This document shows positions 25,310 to 38,589 of a stretch of 64,000 nt of DNA, piece by piece. The stretch is from contig NC_045696.1 in the NCBI RefSeq assembly GCF_009834535.1, forward strand, positions 43,464,001-43,528,000, given 5' to 3'. The translations under genes and the position numbers were made by a program. The stretch's first letter is position 1. Every line of letters starts with the position of its first letter. Origin of the DNA: Camelus ferus (taxonomy: Eukaryota). The notes under the pieces were generated by a model. The model saw only the letters and a list, made by a program, of their open reading frames with translations, was not told where the DNA came from and made no database searches.

Positions 25310-25465
25310 CCAAAGAGCAAGTAGATGGCTTCTTCTTTTCATTTACCTCTACCTTTCAAATTCCAGGCAAATTTATAGATATAACCATTTAATAGATAGA
25401 ATCTAATTTACTCTTTACAAGAGAATGGAATGATGGCTGAGTTACCCATTGCACCACAGTATACA
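24930..25465 (-). mobile_element. Possible ancient LTR belonging to the ERVL/MaLR internal fragment
   Basis: Lies on the 5' side of the minus-strand gag fragment and weakly resembles reversed old MLT-type LTRs. Highly diverged. Confidence 0.3.
25279..25307 (+). repeat. Pure poly(A) tract, 29 nt
   Basis: Direct count of the A run. Confidence 0.9.
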
Positions 25466-26362
25466 AAAAAAAAAAAAAAAGCATTCAATCAGAATGTTTT
25501 CCTGTGTTATAGGATGATATCTGGAAAACATACCTATATATGCAGCTGTATACATATGTATGTAGACTTTTAGACTTTTCCAATTTATAGCCATGTAATA
25601 TAGTGTTAAAATTTATGTTCATAAAGATATTTTGCATAGACAGAAATATTTTAGGCATGATTGTGAGGATGCTATCATAACACCCCTTTCAAGAATATCG
25701 ATAATTTCATCCCTATGTCACTAATGAGAAGACAGATGGATGAGTATTGTGACTTCACCTGGCAGCATGTTGCATAACTTGTATTTAAGCCTTACTATTA
25801 TTCTTAAAGGGCATTTGTCTTCCACCTTATTATGGAAAGGGCAGCTGGAAATGCAGCATTTAAACTGAAATAATTATAGAGACGGGCACAAAGAAGGTAT
25901 ACTGTATAAATATTTATGATATCTAATAGTCTTCCATGTTTATTAGCCAGAATTTTTATTTATTTGCTTATCTAGGCATCGTATCAGATTGGTGACTTCT
26001 TTACTTTAATGAGAGAAGAGATGTCCTTTTATTCTTAGTGATGAAAATTGTGTCCTACATAGTGGGATTTTCGTAGCTATAGCTTGCCTCTAGACAAATA
26101 GTGTTTCCTACCAACTATCTTAGAGCTGTTGAGGTTCTGGTCATTGGCACTGCTTCCTAAGAATCTTCGCTAGGTTGATACAGTTGGAGGGATTCGTTTA
26201 TTGATTCTTTTCCTGTAAAACCTATTGCTGCTTAATAGATTTCAGGGTCTCAAAAAAGCTGAAATTAATTATGGGTGAAGTCTGGGATAACAAGCAGGAT
26301 TCTGGTCTTGTGTCTGGTATGAGAAGGATGTTTTGCAGGAAACAGTTCCTATTATAGCATAA

Positions 26363-26734
26363 TATTATGAGCTGAGTTACATCCCTCTACAACTCATGTT
26401 TAATTCCTAGCTTCCAGTGCTTCAGAATGAGACTGTACTTAGAGGTAAGATTTTTAAAGAAGTAATTAAGTTAAAATGAGGTCTTAGGTTGGGCTGTAAT
26501 CCATATGACTCATGTCCTTATAAGAAGAAGAAATTAGGATCCAGATGACAGAAGGAACATCATGTGAAGACATAAGAAGATGCTCATCTATGAGTTGATG
26601 AGAGAGGACTCAGAGGAAACCTGCAGTCACCTTGATCTCAGACTTCTACCTCCAGAATTGTAGGAAAACGGATTCCTGTTATGTAAGCTAACAAGTCAGT
26701 AGTACTTTGATATAGTAGCTTTAAGACATACATA
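26363..26734 (+). mobile_element. MaLR solo LTR, MLT1B-like
   Basis: 'aagtaattaagttaaaatgaggtc', 'taatccatatgact..tgtccttataagaaga', 'catgtgaagaca' and 'caccttgatctcagacttctacctccagaattgt'. Confidence 0.85.
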
Positions 26735-27003
26735 AGGGGATGCCAAGTGCTTTGGGTAAGCATAGGAGAGGCTATAATATTAAGCACATTTTTCTTTAAA
26801 TTATTAGCTGAAAGGAGCTGAAAGAACGAAATTAAGGTTGAGTGTACTTAGCTCTAGAACTATCTGCTCAGGTGCCATATTTAATGTACAACAATATAGC
26901 TTTTATTTCCCTAGAGCTCATACAACATATCATATCACATCTTAGAGAATTTCAACACTATTATCACTGTTGTTTCTCCTAAGAAGACCTGGATTTAGCA
27001 ATA

Positions 27004-27063
27004 CAGACAGACAGACACACACACATACACACACACACACACACACTCACTCACTCACTCACT
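27004..27063. repeat. Compound microsatellite (CAGA)n(CA)n(CACT)n
   Basis: Directly visible in the sequence. Confidence 0.9.
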
Positions 27064-27077
27064 TTGGCTGATACAAG

Positions 27078-27220
27078 TAGAGGTGGATTGAACTGAAAGC
27101 TAAAAAAAGTCAAGCTTCAGGGCTACCATGTGCTCACATCTTTTCAAGGCTCTGTACTTAATTCTGTGTTTGTAATTTTATGTCACTTTCTTGTATTAGA
27201 ACCTCCATCCCCCAAATAGA
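27078..27220. mobile_element. hAT-Tip100-like element (MER91-family-like), inverted relative to the copy at 1473-1642
   Basis: 'agaggtggatt..actgaaagctaa..aagtcaagcttcagggc...ttcaaggctctgtacttaattctgt' is the reverse complement of the same element type. Confidence 0.6.
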
Positions 27221-27334
27221 TTTCCCCTCTGTGCCTTTGTGTATGTGTGTGTGTGTGTGCGTTATGACAACTAGAACTAGAAAGATGACTGCTATTTGTC
27301 TACTCCTTCCCTAGGCTTTCAGTGGTTGACTTCT

Positions 27335-27430
27335 TGATAGTAAGGGCTGTATCTTAGTCACTGCTTCCAAAGAGCCTATCAGAGTACCTGACATATAACA
27401 ACATTCTACAAATATTTGTTACTGAAAGGG
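27335..27430 (+). mobile_element. L2 3' end
   Basis: 'agagcctatcagagtacctgacatata...caaatatttgtt..tgaa'. Confidence 0.6.
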
Positions 27431-29364
27431 AGAGAGGAAAGGAAGATAGCATAATCAAAACAGAAGCAAATAATTTATCAGAAATGAAGGTGCTATAGAT
27501 TTTTAAATCTAAAAAAAAGAAAAAGAAAAAGAGAAAGAAGAATTACAAGAATGAAGTAACACAAAGCTAATGTTTAAATGTATTAATTGGTCAAGATGAT
27601 CTCATTATGAATGGAGATTATAAAGACACTGAGGTTTTCAATCATTTACTTCTAATAAGGGCAAAAAGCAATATATGAATTCATTTTGTTCAGTTACTAT
27701 TATTTCATATTTAAATATTAGGCAGATTTCATTGATATACACTTTAAAAATCAACTTTTATGTTTCTTTCCAACATGACAGACTATTTCTTCAGGCAAGA
27801 GTTAAAGATATCTACTAGCTTCACTAATGCCTGCTTCTGTGCACACTCTATTTGATTTTTTCATCACTTGAGAAAGTATGAAAGAGACAGATCTAAATTC
27901 AGGAGATCATTAATGGAAACCCAAACCTAGCAATGTTACAGTTGTAAAACTTACATGCAAATTACAGCTACGTCCCTTATAATTCAACCAATAAGTTGAG
28001 GTGAGGAGACAACCACATAGTTCAGCCTTGATAGAATTCATATTTCCTCATGCATAATAAAGAGCAGACATGGAAATCGCATATAAGCTGCCAAAGTAAC
28101 TGAAAAAAAAATATAGGCATGTAAAAGCTTTGTATTATAAGAATATCTGCTTCCATTGCCAGGTCTCTCTTAATAAGTAAGTAAATAAATAAATCTTCAA
28201 ACTTAATTTCTGAGATTCTATAAAGTATGGCATGTTTGGAGATTTCAAAAAATGTTATCTTAATTTATGAGCATATGCAAACAAGGATCAGAATAAAGAA
28301 TTTTCATTTATCAGCAGTGGTATTGGAAGATGCTGGCTTTCTTTTTTTCCTAATGCTTTTGATAAATAGGGTTGATAAGAAGGAAGGAGATGGTCATTAG
28401 CACATTCATTATTTCTGTGATCCAGAACCATGCTATAAAATACTGGGGTCATATACATCATCTTATCTTTTAGGCCTACAGTTAGCCTTCAAAAGAAGCC
28501 GAATTAGATAATCTCTAATTAATTTTATTAATTGTATTTATTACTCAACAAGGACTTTCCCACCAAAAGGGAACTTCATAGAAAAGTTTGGAGGTAGTAG
28601 AAAATGTGGTTATTCAACCAATTCCTATTCAGTCCATCGGGTTGCATTTGGCTTTTGAACATGTGGAAATGAATTACACACTCACACAAAATACACAAAC
28701 ATTACTATTGTCTTTTTTTCTAGTTAGTTTCTAGTCAAAATATTTAAGGAATAAAGGTCAACTAAGTAAGTACTTAAGGACTTCTAGAGATGAATTTTAC
28801 ATTATATTTAAGGCCATTTAACCAGGGTAATATTATTACCTATAATCTATACATTAATCGTGTAGACTAATGAAAAGGTATAGATTACAAGTTTCTTTGA
28901 TTAATGAAAATGCCTACCTCTTTAATCTTAAACTTCATATGTATGAAGAGCAATAAAAATTCTAAATTAAGCAGTCCCAAGTAAGTTGCCATAGTATACA
29001 GAACAACTTACACATTTTTCAAATCATAGCAGTTAGAGAATTGTTCAGAAGACTCTAACCTAAAAGAAACTGTCTTTGACAAAAAGCATATATTTTAAAA
29101 AACATTTCAAAATACATTTTTCATTATGCAAGCAATATAACATCGTTATAGAATATGTGAAATGTAACAACAATTTAAATAACATTTTTGAAGAGAGTTA
29201 ATTCATTTTATTTTTTATTTGCAAAGAATTAATTCAATGTGAATGAATGCTTATGGACACTAGCTTTGTTATTAATACTTTAAAAAATTTAAGAGTTAAT
29301 GATACTCCCAGGTAACACATATTTTAAATGTTTGTCACCTCATCTAATTTATTTGTCTATTTTT

Positions 29365-29890
29365 TTTGACAATCTAGATAAATTTATTTAAAAGACACGA
29401 AGCAAGCATCAAAGCTCATTCAAGAAGAAATAGAATTTGCTCAGTAATATTGAATGCATCATATTTAAAACAAATAGAACAAAACAAAGCTACCAATAAA
29501 ATAATTTGAGGCCTAGATGGCTTCCCTGGAGAATTTTTCCAAACATGTAAGGGAGAAACACTAATAAATCTACACAGAATTTCTCTGAATATTGGAGGTA
29601 AGGAAATACAATCCAGTTCAATCTATGAAGTTCACATTACTTTTTTTTTAACCAATATCAGAGAAAAACATTAAGATAGACCAATATCCTAAATTAACAT
29701 GAACATGTAAGTAAAAATTCTTAAGAAAAATTTACCAAGTCGAATCTAACAATACATCATGACTAAGTTTTGTTTCTCCCATAAATATAAGGTTGAATTC
29801 ACTTTCCAAACTGTCTAATGCATTTCATCATATTAACACACCAAAAAAGAAAAGCATACCAACTGATGAAAAGGCATTTAGTGAAATGCC
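29365..29890 (+). mobile_element. Old L1 ORF2 fragment (L1M-type)
   Basis: 'ggcctagatggcttccctggagaatttttccaaacat' (GPDGFPGEFFQT), 'agaccaatatcc' (RPIS) and 'gaaaaggcattt' (EKAF) are L1 RT-proximal motifs. Confidence 0.8.
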
Positions 29891-30284
29891 AAATGTGACT
29901 GTTGACAGAATATCATTTTCCATTCTTATTTTCTTATCAAGCTAGAGGTACTAAGACAAAGTGAATACATACTCATTCCACCTTGTGTTCTTGCATGCTT
30001 TATTTAGCTTCTCATGATTTTCTCACATTTTACTATTTCACTTCACCTAAGCAGTAAACCTCATCTTTGATTTGATTTGACTCTTCTACCAATCTTGTAA
30101 CAGAGAGACAGCAAGTAATAGCTACCTCAGCTGATAGATCAGGCTGACATAACTGATTACAATAAAATTTATGTCTTTTATATGGATAATTTCCCTAACA
30201 TGGACCAATTCTTAAAACATTTTAGAAGAGCATGGGGTTGGGAGTTGGCTAGTGCTTCCAACCCTGCTAAAACAAACACATAAA

Positions 30285-30727
30285 CAACAGATATGCTCAT
30301 TTTCTAACACCTGGAAACTGAATCTGACTTTCCTTGCAAAAGAGACTTAGCGGATGGAAGCAAGTTAAGGATCTTGAGATGAAATCTCACTAGATTTAGG
30401 GCCTAACCAGTGACAGGCATCCTTATAAGCCTTGTAAGAGAAAAGCACAGGAAGATGTGGGAGTCAAAGACACAGAGAAGCAAACTGCGTGATGATGGAG
30501 GCAGAGACTAGAGTTATCCAGCCCCAAGCCAAGGAAAATCTGGAGCCACTGGAATCTGGAAGAAGTAAGAAAGGTTTCCTCTAGAGCCTTCAAAGGAGTG
30601 CAGCCCTGCAGACACCTTGATTCAGATTTCTGACCTCCAAAACTTTAGATAGTAAGTTTCTGGGATTTTTTTTAAGCCACTTAGGAGTCTCTGATAATTT
30701 GTTACAGCAGACTTAGGAAAAAATACA
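30285..30727 (+). mobile_element. MaLR solo LTR, MLT1C-like
   Basis: 'gttaaggatcttgagatg', 'gatggaggcagagactagagt...caagccaagga', 'ctctagagccttc', 'gacaccttgatt' and 'aatttgttacagcag..taggaaa.aataca'. Confidence 0.85.
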
Positions 30728-32394
30728 AAGGGCTATGTACATACTCTATGCTCCTAAGAGAAAGGGCTTACCTAAATTGGAAATTTGTAAAAAGGAAAAA
30801 TCATTTTCCTGAAATATTTACCAAAATATTTACATATTTGTACAAACAATGTGTTTTATTTGTCTGGGCTAAAATCAATATAATTCAAAATTTTTGGATA
30901 GAAAATTTGGCCATATTACAGAAAAGATAGTTATTTTTCTATTACAAATAATATATGAGATCTGCCCTTATATTCTGAAATATGGTTCTTAAAAAATTGA
31001 ACAAATGCTCATAGGGCATGTATGATCATATTTTGCACACAAAAGTGGATATTTTAAGCCTAACTGCAAATGAGCAGTAGACAACTTCAACCCATGTGTG
31101 TAACTGCCTGTTTTTGTGGTTCTGAGAAAACAACTTAGAGTGTGTCAACTTGCTGACATACCCCCCATAACATCTTTGTTCTGCTGAAATATATAGGGAT
31201 TTCTGCATAAAATCTGTCACACCATACAAGTAATAGAGCATCTCTCATCAATTGATTAATTTCAAGTGCTCAAATTTGATAAAGGCAATTACAGAAGAAA
31301 CAATGATAATCATTTCCTATCTAATAAAACAAAGTAAGTGAACATTAAAAACAATAATTTACAGCATTGGACATAATCTATGAGGTCAGAAGCAGGGGAC
31401 ATTTCTGACTTGGGGTGACTGAGTGTTCAGTTTGAGCCAAGGAATACCGTTTATAGAGCCAAATTCAGGCAGCAACTTGAATGTTCTGAAAATGGAATTT
31501 TTATTATATTCAGTGCAGTATTTAATGATTTCACAAGACTCTACTGGGCAGTACTTCAGTAAGGAACACATACTTTATTATATTTCATGTAGGTTAGGGT
31601 ACTTGTTCAGGATTTTAAAAATGAGTGTTTTAAACAATGGATTCTTCCATAGGCATCACTGGAGAATAGAGGTTTATTGGTATACCCTCAATCGATTTTA
31701 TTGCTCTGTAAATTGGTCAGAATTTTCTCTTAGAAGCCTAGAGTTGTGCACATAGCATTGTTCCTATTTTACAGAACTAATGTAGACATGTGCATGCTAT
31801 ACCACTGGAGAATTGAAATATAATGAGGTTAGTTTTCTTGTATCCACTAACCATGCATTGCATGCTTCTAGAGAAGTTCTAAGCTCTTGAAAGGTAATTT
31901 TAAATTGTGTTTTTGCATAGTTTTCTATGCTGAGCTTGTTTCTAATTTTTTTTCCTTCATAGTATACTTCTGCACCTAGAATATTTTTGCTTGCATATAA
32001 TCTCTTTTGATCCATACAATAACTCTGTGAAGGGACATTTTGGAACACTCATTAATACAATCCACATTTCAAATTTATCAGTGAAGACCCTGAGAAGTTT
32101 GTGAATTGCCCAGTTATATGATGAGACCAAACTGAGGACATCTCCTCTCTGATGCTTTGTCTTAAATTCTACTTTCCTCATTAGAACATTCTGATGAGAT
32201 TATAAAGGATGTCTGGAATTTAAACCTGCAATAACCTGAACCCAAATTTTTATATATTAGAATTTTATGTATTAGTATTTAGATTTTAGGATATGACTTA
32301 GGAGATGTGAGCATTTCTAGCAAATCCAAATGTAGACCCATAGAAACAAAAAAGAAGCCAAAATTCAGTCAGAGACTATGGTGGTCAGGAGAAG

Positions 32395-32811
32395 TTAGAT
32401 TTTGTTGTGGTTAAAACAAGCAAACAAACAAACAAATAAAACAATGGCTTAAAACAACAGAGATTATTTCTCATTCACAAAACAACGTCCAGTGCAAGTG
32501 GATCATGTGGGAAGGGAGATGGGGTGTGAGTGTTTTCCCTTGTGGTCATTTAGGGATCCAGGCTGATACAGGCTCCATCGCAACACATGCTTCCATGATT
32601 GGCATGACTTGCAAAGTGCATGGTTAGAGGATCTCTCTTCTGCAATTGAATACTTCAGCGTGGAAGTGATTGGCAATATTTTCACCCATAATTCACTGAC
32701 CATAATTAGTTATCCCTAATTTCAAAGGGAAGGGTAAAGTACAATACTCAGGTGTGCCTGGAAGAGGAGGGAAGCCAGATTATCAGTGAGCATGTTGAAA
32801 TGTTGTGTCAC
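32395..32811 (-). mobile_element. Old MaLR LTR (MLT1I/J-like)
   Basis: 'tggcttaaaacaaca...atttctcattcac', 'gggatccaggctga', 'ggaagtga', 'gtgtgcctggaagaggagg', ending in 'tcaca'. Confidence 0.7.
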
Positions 32812-33383
32812 AGATGTAAAGGTAGACTTTTTTTTTTTAAGGTTATGGCTATCTTTTGGAATATAATGTGGATGAATACATGCAGGATTTAAGAAGTTAC
32901 AGAGGCCTTGGCATTTAATGGGCTAATCTCCAATCAATGTACACATTTCTTCTTAAATTCTCTTTGTGAATTCTCCTTGAATAATTTCAGTGATGTGTTA
33001 ATCACTTGACCTGGTAGCTGTGATTCTACTGGAAAACTCTATTACTGAAGTTTCTTTATGTTCCCCCAGGCCTAAATCTATGAAACTGAAGCTCTTACTA
33101 GTAAAACCTCGTTCTGCCTCCTGAGCACCATATAACTTTACAAATGGATTTTACAAAATTCACAACACCAGCTAAAGTAGTATTTAAGGAACTGCAGACC
33201 ATAGAGGTAATTCTTGACCACCAGATGAATATCTTTTGCAAAGTTTCAACTGGATCTTAGGATCTATTTTTTCTGTACCTCACCAGGTGGTCTGCATCCC
33301 TCATGCTGTTAATTCCACAGAGGAACTCTGAGTTTGAAAATATAATTTATCTTATATCTTTATGCTCTTAAAGAATGCAACCC

Positions 33384-34138
33384 TGACACCACAGTCAGAT
33401 ACCACATTACAACAAGTGGGATTATTATCAGAAAAGCAAAAGATAGTGTCAGTGAGGATGTGGAGACATTAGAACACTTGTGCGTTGCTGGTGGACATGT
33501 ATACGGTGCACCCTCTGTGGAAAACAGTATGGTGGTTACTCAAAATATAAAATATGGAATTATTATATGATCCAGTAATTCTATTCTGTGTCTATACCTA
33601 AAATAACTGAAAGTGAGGACTTGAATGCATATTTGTACATCTATGTTCATAGAAGCACTACTGACAATAGCCAAAATATGGAAACTATTCAAATGTCCAT
33701 CAACAGATAAATGGATAAACAAAATGTGGTATATACACACAATGGAATGTTATTCAGCCTTACAAAAAAAAAGAACATCTTACATATGCTACAGCATAGA
33801 TGAATCTTGCAGACATTATGCTAAGTGAAATAACCCAGAGACAAAAGGACATATACAGTATGATTCTACTTATATGAGGTATCTAATGTTGTCAAATTCA
33901 TAAAAACAGAAAGTTAGAATGTTAGTCACCATGAGCTGGTGGGACTGGAGAATGGGGAGTTATTGTTTGATATGTATAAAGTTTCAGTTTGTGAAGATAA
34001 AAAAGTTCTGGAGATGGATGGTGGGGATGGTTGCACAACAACATGAATATACTTAATGCCACTGAACTATATACACTTAACAGTGGTTAAAATGGTAATT
34101 TTTATTATGTATATTTTGCCACAATAAAAAAAAAAAAG
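33384..34138 (+). mobile_element. L1MB-type 3' end with poly(A) and degenerate TSD
   Basis: ORF2 C-terminus (33625-33828: CTSMFIEALLTIAKIWK..KCPSTDKWINKMWYIHTME), L1MB 3'UTR 'aaagttctggagatggatggtggggatggttgcacaaca' and a poly(A) tail. Flanks 'aaagaatgcaaccc' (33370-33383) and 'aaaaaatgcaagcc' (34139-34152). Confidence 0.9.
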
Positions 34139-34852
34139 AAAAAATGCAAGCCAATCCTATTTCATACTGAAAGTTTTTTTAAAGTTTTAAGGTAGTAATT
34201 TCCCAAGAGACTTAATCAGACTGCTTGATTCACTTGTGCAAAATATACATGTAATTAAATAGAGGTCCAAAGAAATGGCAGCATAAAATGAAGATCTGGT
34301 AAAAAATGCTGTTTAATTCCAAGCCTCCTTGATCATGATTTAGAGTGTGAAATGGATCACCTATTGCTATACTACTCATAATATGCAAATAACTGTTTAT
34401 ATAGGATCCGCTCGAATTATGCATGGCTTTCTAAGTTACTGACACATGCAGAAAGTGATAGCAAGGAAGAGTTTTACTTATTAAATTCTTTACTTAGAGT
34501 CTATTGGTCTTACAGTATCTGTTAAATAAGAAGACTCAACCTGAACTTAATTCCAATTGAAAATACTGCCCACAATATTAATACTCCACCAACTTACTCA
34601 ACTCCAATCATCAATACACTCAGCATTTTCTCTCTTGACTGAAATGAGTTGCTGTTATTTATCTTCTTTCTCCAAACAGTGTATTTCATAAGTGTTTTAT
34701 TGCTTCAAGAGGTAGGAATTCAAGAAATGAAGCAACCTGCAATCATCTGTCCACATAGAGAATTGATGTCCCATGTGTCCCTCATTCGCCTTCTTCTCTG
34801 GCTTTCACTTTCAAAGTCCAGACGTGTGGTAGTTTTGGATCTATGCCTGATA

Positions 34853-37730
34853 CAGGCATGCCTAGGAGATATTGCAGGTTCAGTTTCAGACTACCACAAT
34901 AAAGCAAGTCACACAAATTTTTTGGCTTCCCAGTGCAAATTAAATTATGTCAGCACTATACTGTAGTCTATTAAGTGTGCAAATAGCATTATGTCTAAAA
35001 AAAACAAGCACATACATTAATTTAAAAATTCATTATTGTTAAAAATGCTAATCATTATGTGAGTCTTCAGAAAGTCACAGTCTTTGTGCTGGTTTTGTCT
35101 TGATGATGATGATGACTGCTAAGGACTGGTGTAGCTTTGGCAACTTCTTAAAATAAGACAACAATGAAGTTTGCCACATTGATCAGACTCTTCCTTTCAT
35201 GAACAATTTCTTTGCAGCATGCAATACTGTTTGATATCATTTTACCAGCAGTAGAATTTTTTCAGAATTGAAGTCAATCATCTTAAAAGCTGTCACTGCT
35301 TTATCGACTATGTTTATGTAATATTATAAATCTTTTGTCATTTCAACAGTCTTCACCAAAAGTAGGTTCCATCTCAACAAACCACTTTCTTTGTTCATCC
35401 ATAAGACACCACTCCTCATCCATTCAAGTTTTATCATGACATTGCAGCAATTCAGGCACATCATCAGGCTCCACTTCTAATTCTAGGTCTCTTGCTATTT
35501 CCATCATATTTGCAGTTACTTCCTTCACTGAAGTCTTGAACCCTTCAAAGTCATCTATGAGAGTTGGAATCAACTCCCAAACTCCTGTTAATGTTTATAT
35601 TTTGAACTCTTTCCATGAATTACAAATATTTTTAATGGCATCTAGAATAGCAAATCCTTTCCAGGTTTTTAATTTATTTTACCCAGATCCATCAGAAGAA
35701 TCACTATCTATGGTAGCTAAAGCCTTATGAAATGCATTTCTTAAATAATAAGCCTAGAAAGTCAAAACTACTCCTTGACCCATGGGCTGCAGAATGGATG
35801 TTGTATTAGCGAAGAAGGATTAATAAAATGGCCACACTTAGGCTAACAGATTGTTTATTTTTATGCTTGCCCTTAAAAGGGTGAACCGGCCTGACTGGCC
35901 GGTTGCTACTCACAGTTCCAGGCCCACTGTTAAAACTAAAGCTATTGATTTTACTGTTTCTACTTTATTTCAGTAATCAAAAGCTATAATCATGCTTGGT
36001 CTCTGAGTTGATCTCCAGGGAGAAGGTCACAGAATTTTAACCTTACAAAATAGCTTGAATCACCAAGAAGACCACACCTTGAGTGCTTACGAGATAAAGA
36101 GATCTAACCGCAAGCCTCTGTAGAATTGGTCACCTGGGGGCATCATGACACCACTCTGTCTTCTGATGAGAAAATGATTCTGTTGATTGTTATCGGGGCT
36201 TTATTGTTTGAGGTTATGGCTATATAATCACCCCATCCCATCCCCAAGGTGGTTTCACAGTTTTGAAGGCACTAGCCTGCTGTGAATCCCCTTTGCCTGG
36301 CAAAGCAATAAAATTGCTTTTCTTCTAAGCTCCAAGACCTTGTCTCTGGGTTATTTGGCGCGTCAGGGATGGGGGCCGATCTTTCGGCAACATTAGCAGG
36401 CATGAAAACAACATTAATTTATTATAGATCTTCATCAGAGTTCCTGGGTGACCAGATGTGTTGTCAATGACCAGTAATATTTTTAAATAATTTTTTTTTC
36501 TGATTGGGAGATCTCAACAGTGGGCTTAATATATTCAGTAAACCATGTTGTAAACAGATGTGCTGTCATCCCGGCTTTGTTGCTCCACTTTTACAGCACA
36601 GTCAGAGTTAATTTAGCATTACTCTTACGGGCCTTAGGATTTTCAAAGTGGTAAATAAACATTGGCTTCAATTTAAAGCCACCAGCTGCATTAGCCCCTA
36701 ACAAGAGAGTCAGCCTGTTTTTTGAAACTTTGAAGCCAGGCATTGACTCCTTCTTTCTAGCTATGAAAGCCCTAAAAGTCATCTTCTTCTAATATAAGGC
36801 TGTTTCATCTACACTGAAAGTCTGTTGTTTAGTGTAGCCACCTTCATGAATGATCTTAGCTAAATCTTCCAACTGCTGCAGTTTCTACATCAGCACTTGC
36901 TAATAACGTCTTGCACTCTGATGTTATGGAGATGTCTTCTTTCCTTAAACCTCTGCTGTCTTCAGGCTTTTCTTCTGTAGCTTCCTCACCTCTCTCAGCC
37001 TTCATGGAATTGAAGAGCATTAGGGCTTTGCTTCGGATTAGGCTTTGCCTTAGGGGAACGTTGTAGCTGTTTTGATCTTCTATTCAGACCACTACAACCT
37101 TCCCCTTGTCAACAATGAGGCTTTTTTGCTTTCCTAGTATTCCTGTGTTCACTGGAATAGCACTTTTAACTTCCTTCAACCTTTCCTTTGTATTCATAGC
37201 CTGGCGAACTGGTGCAAGAAGCCTGGCTTGGCTTTTGACTCACTAAACTTAATCATTTCTAGCTTTTGATTTAAAGTGAGAGATACTGACTCTTTCACTT
37301 CAACACTTACAGGCCATTGTAGGGTTATTAGTTGGCCCAGTTTCAATATTGCTGTCTCAGGAAACAGTGAGGCCTGAGGAGAGGGAGAGAGATGGGAGAG
37401 AGGATAGTTGATGGACTAGTCAGAACACACACAACATTTATTCATTAAGTTTGCCAGCTTATGTGGATGCGGTTTGTGGTGCCCCCAAACAATTACAATA
37501 CTAATATCAAAGATCACAGATCACCAGGTCACCATAACAAGTATAATCATAATTTAAAAGTTTAAAACATTGTGAGAAAAACCAAAATGTGAGACAGAGA
37601 CAAAGTGAGCAAATGCTGTGGGAAAAATCGCACAGGTAGGCTTGCTGGATGCGGGGTTGCCACAAACCTTCCGTTTGTAAAAAAAAATGCAGTTTCTGCC
37701 AAGCGCAATAAAGTGAAGTTCAATAAAACA
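34853..37730 (-). mobile_element. Tigger1 DNA transposon (TcMar-Tigger), near full length, interrupted by an LTR
   Basis: Left end 'ta|caggcatgcctaggagatattgcaggttcag' (TA TSD plus TIR). Transposase fragment at 36591-36782 ([36 protein letters not shown]). Right part 'ggttgccacaaaccttc..tttgtaaaaaa..gcag...aagcgcaataaag'. Confidence 0.95.
35810..36392 (+). mobile_element. Young ERV1-type solo LTR (583 bp) inserted in Tigger1
   Basis: 4-bp TSD 'ttag' at 35806-35809 and 36393-36396, whose removal restores Tigger1 'gttgt.ttagcaggcatgaaaac'. Ends in 'ggcaaca', TATA-like 'tatataa' at 36221, AATAAA at 36307, several CpGs retained. Confidence 0.9.
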
Positions 37731-38059
37731 CAGATTTGATTATTGTCAGAAGGAGAACAAATCTCTCTATTCCAAAAACGTATGAGTAAGAAAGAGCAAC
37801 AAAGTGAAGTGATACAGCAATAAAAGGAAAGCCTAAATCCACCAAAGGAAGATGTAATAATAAAGTGGTAATTTGGAGGCGAGTAAGCAAGGAGAATTTG
37901 GAGTGCAGACAAAAAGATTGAGCCAGCATGAAGGAGTAAAGGGTTCAGGGCAGCTGGCCTCTTGCATTTTTGATAAAGGAGTAAGTTCAGAAAAGAAAGA
38001 TTACAGAGGCTACATAGGAATTACTAAATAAAGGATGCTTGGAATTAAGAATTTTTTGT

Positions 38060-38350
38060 AGGTGGGTCTCACAAAATTTATTTCTTCATTAGTTCTCTCT
38101 CTTTCACTTTCAATATTTTATCTTTTCATTTTCTTTCCACTCATTCATTCATCTTTCCTTCCTTTCTTCATTCTTCTGTTTTACCTTCTCTTTTCCTTTA
38201 TTCTTTTAAAAGTATCCTTTCTAATTTATTTACTTTCACTAGTCATTTTGCACTAATTTCTCTTTGTACTAATTTTACATTAATTCTATCCTCTAATTTC
38301 CACCAACCCTACCCCATTCCCCACTGATTATATTGTTTTTCTTTCCTTTG
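38060..38350. repeat. Pyrimidine (CT)-rich low-complexity tract
   Basis: Runs of ttct/ttcc/tttc. Confidence 0.7.
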
Positions 38351-38589
38351 TCCATTACCCGAGCTAGTCCCTGGTGGTCTACAGTAACTTTTCACACACA
38401 TGGCCATTTTAATAACACTTTGATTTGAACTTAACCTTAATTAATGTCTGTATTCATCTGCTTTTATAAGTGTAATTTTTGGTCTTAGAAAAATAACTAG
38501 AAAACAAACTTGATGGTTTTCTTTTGTTTATTTGTAATTTTATGAGGAGGTTTCATAAAAAAATCAGTTGAAATGAACTCATTCTACAT

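Noticed and set aside
36591..36782. TIGD1-like domesticated transposase gene
   Set aside because: Only a 63-aa fragment of a decayed Tigger1 that is frameshifted and interrupted by an LTR.
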